A stretch of DNA of 64,000 nucleotides. It comes from Terriglobia bacterium (GTDB taxonomy: Bacteria; Acidobacteriota; Terriglobia; JAJPHL01; JAPKYU01). How positions within the stretch are numbered: the stretch's first letter is position 1; each line of letters begins with the position of its first letter. Positions 59,407-64,000 of the stretch are shown one piece after another. Position numbers and translations under genes: made by a program. The notes under the pieces were generated by a model. It saw only the letters and a list, made by a program, of their open reading frames with translations, was not told the origin of the DNA and made no database searches. Location: assembly GCA_965223005.1 (NCBI GenBank), contig CBDCVK010000003.1:1-64000 (forward strand), read 5' to 3'.

Positions 59407-60219
59407 GTGAAACCGCTAAAGATCTGCATTTTAGGGCCGGGCAACATGGGTCGCATCATCATGCAGCGGCTGATCCACGAAGGTTTCTGCGAGCCGCGCA
59501 ACCTTTCGGTCAGCAAGACACGCACGCCGAAACAACTGGGAGACCGTTTCCCGGGCGTCCGCATTCACCAGGGGAACGCGCGGGCGGTGCGCGGCGCCGA
59601 CATCGTGATTCTGGCCGTCAAGCCGCAGATGTTCGCGGAGGTGGCGCGGGAAATCCACGCCGCGCTGACCGCGCGCCAGCTGGTCATCTCCGTCATGACC
59701 GGGATTGACTCAGCCAGCATCGCGCGCCTGCTCCGACACAAGAAAGTGGTTCGCTGCAGCACCAACATCGCCATTGAGGTCGGTCGCGCGGTCACCTTCT
59801 GGTCGGCGCAATCCTGCGACGAGGCCGATCTGCAACTGGCGCGGGGCATCTTCTCCCACTGGGGACGCGAAGTCTTCACCCAGCAGGAGCGTCACCTGGA
59901 CATCACGATTGTGGGCGTCGGAAGCGCTCCGGCCTTTATGGCTTACATCCTGTGGGGCATGGTGCGCTCGCTGGTGCACCTGGGCCTGCCGGCCGATCTG
60001 GCCAAGGTGGCCACCTTCGGGGTGGCCGAGGGCACCCTGTCGCTGTGCGAGCTGGAACCGGACCGGCACCTGGCCGACTTCATTGACGAGGTCACCACTC
60101 CCGGCGGCATTACCGCCCGAGGACTGCACAAGTTCGATGCCGGCCTGTTCGCCATGCTGACCGAGGCGTACGAGGCCGCCTACCTGAAGGTCATGGAATT
60201 CAAACAGACCGTGGACTGA
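59407..60219 (+). CDS. proC: Pyrroline-5-carboxylate reductase (divergent)
   Basis: GPGNMG, LAVKPQ, ISVMTG, GSAPAF, VTTPGGIT. Confidence 0.85.
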   Translation: MKPLKICILGPGNMGRIIMQRLIHEGFCEPRNLSVSKTRTPKQLGDRFPGVRIHQGNARAVRGADIVILAVKPQMFAEVAREIHAALTARQLVISVMTGIDSASIARLLRHKKVVRCSTNIAIEVGRAVTFWSAQSCDEADLQLARGIFSHWGREVFTQQERHLDITIVGVGSAPAFMAYILWGMVRSLVHLGLPADLAKVATFGVAEGTLSLCELEPDRHLADFIDEVTTPGGITARGLHKFDAGLFAMLTEAYEAAYLKVMEFKQTVD

Positions 60220-60263
60220 GGCGCAGCGCCGACAGCATCTTGCAGGCCACACGCAGATTTTGT

Positions 60264-60965
60264 ATGAGCGATTCACCGGCCCGAGCTGGAGCCATAAGCA
60301 AAGCGCTGCTGGCGCAGATGGTCCTGTCGCCGGGTCTGGCGTTGGGCTTGGTGTTGGTAGGCTGGGGACTCGACGCTCCAGGCGCCTACTTTGCACATCC
60401 AGCGCGCGCCGCATTCTTTGCGCTAGCCGTGCTCGGCGCCATCCTGGTTCTGGTGTTGGCGCCGGACGTCGAACTGTATCGCAAAGGCCAGCGGCCGGTG
60501 GGACGGCAGCGGTGGCTGCTGGGCGGGCTAATCGTGGGGGCGATGTTTCTGATCTGGTTCGTCGCCTGTGCTGACCGCCGAAGTTTGCTGACGTTCGGCG
60601 ATAGCGCCGCCCTGCGCTACTTTGGGCTGGTGCTCTACGCCGGAGGCAATGCGGTGGCGCTGGTGGCGGTGCAAACGCTCGGCAAGCAGTACAGCGGCTA
60701 CATCACCATCCAGGACGACCACCAGCTGGTGCAGACCGGAATCTACGCCCTGATCCGCCACCCGATTTACTTGCGGGCGCTTCTGATCGCGGTAGGCTGG
60801 CCGCTGGTATTCCGCAGTTGGCTGGTGTTCCTGCTGGTGCCGCTGCTGACCCTCTTCGTAGCTGTGCGCATCCGGCAAGAGGAGAAGCTACTGGCCGAGC
60901 ATTTCGGCGCCGAGTTCGAAGTCTACCGACGTCGCACCTGGCGGCTCATGCCCTACGTCTACTAG
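60264..60965 (+). CDS. Isoprenylcysteine carboxylmethyltransferase (ICMT/PEMT) family membrane protein
   Basis: LVQTGIYALIRHPIY, RIRQEE..L..FG..Y. Confidence 0.9.
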   Translation: MSDSPARAGAISKALLAQMVLSPGLALGLVLVGWGLDAPGAYFAHPARAAFFALAVLGAILVLVLAPDVELYRKGQRPVGRQRWLLGGLIVGAMFLIWFVACADRRSLLTFGDSAALRYFGLVLYAGGNAVALVAVQTLGKQYSGYITIQDDHQLVQTGIYALIRHPIYLRALLIAVGWPLVFRSWLVFLLVPLLTLFVAVRIRQEEKLLAEHFGAEFEVYRRRTWRLMPYVY

Positions 60966-61041
60966 CGAGAATGCCTAAACCGTCGTAATGCATCGGGTTC
61001 TCAATAGCGGACAGACTCTCAATTTGAGATAGAGGGTAATC

Positions 61042-62145
61042 ATGAAATCCGGTCTTCCAGAGGTGAGGGTTCTTCAGCGACGAAAAGCGGCACTGGTGCT
61101 GGCAGCTCTGATTGCTGCCGCCGGAGTCATCTGGCGTGTCCATGACGGGGTTACCTTGGCGCTTCTTGTGGCCGCCGCAGGTCTGATTTGGTCCAGCCGT
61201 GAATGGAAAGCTTGGCTGGTGTCCGGCGCAATGGTAGCCGGGAGCTTACTATGGTCCCACACAGATGAGATCGGCTGTTCGGCATGGTGGCGGGCCAGCG
61301 TCGTCTATGAACAACTGCGCGGCCACCTTCCCTATATCGAGTGGGACGATGTTCAGCGTAAGACCTTTGGACCGTGCTATGGGCTCAACAAGCCCCATCC
61401 GGAAGTCGAAAAGAGTATCCATCAGGTCGAAGAAAGAGTTGTGGAGGGACGCAAATGGGAGCTTTATCAAACCGGGCTGGGACGCTTCTGGATGCCGGCA
61501 CCGGGTAAAGACCTCCTTACGTTTCTCCTCTGGGAGTTGACTGTGCAGCGCGACTACGAGAGCGGGCAGGCCGCGATCCGGCAGGGGGATACGGTCGTGG
61601 ATTGCGGCGCTCACGTCGGCCTCTTTACCAAGTTCGCTCTACGGCAAGGAGCTGATCGGGTGGTTGCCATTGAGCCGGATCCTACAAACGTCGCCTGCCT
61701 GGAGTCCAATCTTGGCCGGGAGATTGCAGAAGGCCGTGTCATCGTGGTGAAAGCAGGACTATGGAACAAAAAAACCCGTCTCACGCTCTATGAGTCCCTA
61801 GATGGAAATTCCGGAAAAAACACGTTCGTGGGGGAACTGCCAAACGCGAACAAGATTGAAGGCCTTCCTGTGCTGCCGCTGGATGACATCGTCGCGAACC
61901 TCAAACTCGATCGGGTGGATTTCATCAAAATGGATATCGAGGGTTCCGAACGCTTCGCGCTTCAAGGGGCCACCGCGACTCTCCGACAATTCAAGCCTCG
62001 CATGGCCGTCAGCGTGTATCACTCGTCGGACGATCCGACGATCATACCTGCGCTAGTCAGGCGGGCCCAGCCCGATTACCAGATTCATGCCAAGGACATC
62101 GAGACAATGGGACGAGTACGGACCAAAGTCCTCTTCTTCGATTAG
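61042..62145 (+). CDS. FkbM family methyltransferase with N-terminal TM helices
   Basis: VVDCGAHVG, AIEP, DFIKMDIEGSE, SVYH. Confidence 0.88.
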   Translation: MKSGLPEVRVLQRRKAALVLAALIAAAGVIWRVHDGVTLALLVAAAGLIWSSREWKAWLVSGAMVAGSLLWSHTDEIGCSAWWRASVVYEQLRGHLPYIEWDDVQRKTFGPCYGLNKPHPEVEKSIHQVEERVVEGRKWELYQTGLGRFWMPAPGKDLLTFLLWELTVQRDYESGQAAIRQGDTVVDCGAHVGLFTKFALRQGADRVVAIEPDPTNVACLESNLGREIAEGRVIVVKAGLWNKKTRLTLYESLDGNSGKNTFVGELPNANKIEGLPVLPLDDIVANLKLDRVDFIKMDIEGSERFALQGATATLRQFKPRMAVSVYHSSDDPTIIPALVRRAQPDYQIHAKDIETMGRVRTKVLFFD

Positions 62146-62247
62146 CCAGCTTGGGACTGGCTTCCCAACACGTTTCGATGATCCGCCTCTCACCGGCCAA
62201 CTTCCAAAATGTCCGTTAGGCCCCAAGCAAGTGGCATAATCCGAGGC

Positions 62248-62883
62248 ATGAATACCGAAATCACTCATCCCGACGTGGAGAGCTATCTTTACAACCTGTT
62301 ACCGGCGCGGGATGCGGTCCTGGAAGAGATGGAAGCCTATGCTCGCGAGCATCGCATACCCATCGTCGGCCCGGCGGTGGGACGCTTGCTTTACCTGCTG
62401 GTCAAGTTAGGGGGCGCGCGCCGCATCTTTGAATTGGGCTCGGCGATTGGCTATTCCACCATCTGGCTGGCCCGTGCCGCCGGTGAGGGCGCTGAGGTGT
62501 ACTACAGCGATGGCAGCCGGAGCAACGCCCGGCGCGCCGGCCAGTATCTGGAGCGCGCCGGCGTCAGTCACATCGCGCGCATCGCCGTGGGGGATTCCCT
62601 GGAACTACTCCGCGCCACATCCGGAGAGTTCGACTTGATCTTCAACGATGTGGACAAGCACCAGTATCCAGAAGTCTTCCCGCTGGCCTTGTCGCGCCTG
62701 CGCCGGGGCGGCCTGCTGGTGGCAGACAACACGCTCTGGTTCGGCCGCGTAGTGCGCCTGCGACGCCCAGACCGCGACACTCGAGGCATTCAGGAATTCA
62801 ACCGCCTGATCTACTCCACTGCGGGGCTGCACACCGTCATCATCCCGTTGCGCGACGGCGTCTCCGTTTCGCTCAAGCTGTAG
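62248..62883 (+). CDS. O-methyltransferase (Methyltransf_3 / CCoAOMT-like)
   Basis: ELGSAIGYS, FNDVDK..Y, ADNTLW, PLRDGV. Confidence 0.9.
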   Translation: MNTEITHPDVESYLYNLLPARDAVLEEMEAYAREHRIPIVGPAVGRLLYLLVKLGGARRIFELGSAIGYSTIWLARAAGEGAEVYYSDGSRSNARRAGQYLERAGVSHIARIAVGDSLELLRATSGEFDLIFNDVDKHQYPEVFPLALSRLRRGGLLVADNTLWFGRVVRLRRPDRDTRGIQEFNRLIYSTAGLHTVIIPLRDGVSVSLKL

Positions 62884-63073
62884 TGACTCTGCGAGAGAAC
62901 GGGGCAGTGCTTGGGCAGGCAGGCCCGTCTGGCCATGCACGGACTGCTTCACTCGATAATGGAGTACTCGGCAGACAACAAATTCGATAGAAAGCCTGAA
63001 ACCCCTCTGGCACTATAAGTGGTGAGGTTACTTGATTTCGGGTGCCCCTTTTTACTTCTTCGGAGGAGGCGTT

Positions 63074-63661
63074 ATGTCAGCGACCGATGCTTTGCGCGCT
63101 AAAGTTCGGGAGGAACTGCCGGAGGTTGAGGAGATTTCTAGTTCGGAACTGCAGAAGAAAGTGGTGGAGGCTTGGGCAACGTCCTTAGGCGGCAGCAGCT
63201 TTGGAGCGATTGCAGAGATCAAGCCGTCGGGGAATCCCGATACGCCACCGCTGAAGACAGGGACGCAGACGGACCACATCCGCGGGGTGACACGGCTAGC
63301 AATGGTGATTGCCGGTGAGATGATGGCCATGTTTCCGGATTTGAGAATCAACCGGGACGTATTGATTGCCGGGGCCTTGTGCCATGATGTGGGCAAACCC
63401 TGGGAGTTCGATCCGAAGAACCAGGCGCGCTGGAAGGGGGCGCCCCGAGCGGCGGGATTTCCCTCCATCCGGCATCCGGCCTACGGCGTGCACATCTGTC
63501 TTAGTGTGGGACTTCCGGAGGCGGTGGCTCATATGGCCGGAGCGCATTCGGGCGAGGGCGAGCTGGTGGTGCGGAGTTTGGAGAATACGGTCGTGCATCA
63601 TGCCGACTATGCGTTCTGGCGCACGTTGGAAGCCGGAGGGCTTTTGCATAGTGACGACTGA
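63074..63661 (+). CDS. HD (HDIG-like) domain phosphohydrolase
   Basis: GGAGG SD; HIRGV, AGALCHDVGK, HH.D. Confidence 0.85.
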   Translation: MSATDALRAKVREELPEVEEISSSELQKKVVEAWATSLGGSSFGAIAEIKPSGNPDTPPLKTGTQTDHIRGVTRLAMVIAGEMMAMFPDLRINRDVLIAGALCHDVGKPWEFDPKNQARWKGAPRAAGFPSIRHPAYGVHICLSVGLPEAVAHMAGAHSGEGELVVRSLENTVVHHADYAFWRTLEAGGLLHSDD

Positions 63662-63681
63662 AGACAGCACCTGCGCCGGTT

Positions 63682-63945
63682 TTATCCAGGTCGGCCTAAG
63701 CGCAAGTTAGGTGGAACATGGGTAATCCTGGCGAGCAAGCATTTGTCTACACGATCCGGGATAGGAAGACCGGCCGGGATGAACACTATGTCTCTCTGGT
63801 CCCTCATGATGTCGTCTTTCGACGCGGCCTTCCCGCCGAAGCCATCCTGGGCAAGCTTGTCGACGGTCCCGATTTCTTCGATGTCGAACACTTCGCGCCG
63901 AATGTGCGATTCATCGAGTTTCTTCATGACTTCATCGCCCGACAC
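63682..63945 (-). CDS. Hypothetical protein or gene remnant at the window edge
   Basis: Protein-like codon usage; in-frame TAG at 63985-63987 upstream. Confidence 0.3.
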   Translation of the reverse strand: MSGDEVMKKLDESHIRREVFDIEEIGTVDKLAQDGFGGKAASKDDIMRDQRDIVFIPAGLPIPDRVDKCLLARITHVPPNLRLGRPG

Positions 63946-64000
63946 GCTGCGAATTGTCCTGGTGTGGTAGCGGAAGCCAAGCGACTACGGGACGGTTACG

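Noticed and set aside
63946-64000. TAG readthrough (pyrrolysine or recoding) in the edge ORF
   Set aside because: TAG is used as a normal stop throughout the window, and there is too little sequence to assess
1-64000. CRISPR array or rRNA
   Set aside because: No regularly spaced repeat-spacer pattern or rRNA-like sequence seen

Overview
GC-rich bacterial window, probably Acidobacteriota (inferred from gene families and intergenic repeat types). It has three parts. (1) 1-11.8 kb is the distal end of an island integrated at tRNA-Val(TAC). It carries a minus-strand operon: small HTH, SNF2 helicase-DUF3883 nuclease, DUF1156 adenine methylase and DUF499 ATPase. This is a restriction-like/BREX-related defence candidate, followed by a truncated DUF3800 gene and a tyrosine-recombinase fragment. 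The operon is broken by single-base indels that look like sequencing errors. (2) 11.8-15.9 kb is a decayed mini-island between two copies of the tRNA-Val 3' half. It contains an IS1182-like and an IS256-like element, both with clear terminal repeats and target duplications. (3) 16-64 kb is essentially intact backbone. It holds a large lipid-linked glycosylation/methylation cluster (GT2-GtrA-methyltransferase fusion, GT-C proteins, YfhO, desaturase, FkbM), housekeeping genes (phosphohexomutase, cutA, topA, dprA, rsmB, fmt, def, aroC, proC), a BtuFCD-like ABC transporter, HD proteins, and several intergenic hairpin/REP/MITE elements. No CRISPR array, rRNA or complete tRNA was seen. All family assignments come from motif recognition by eye, not from database searches.
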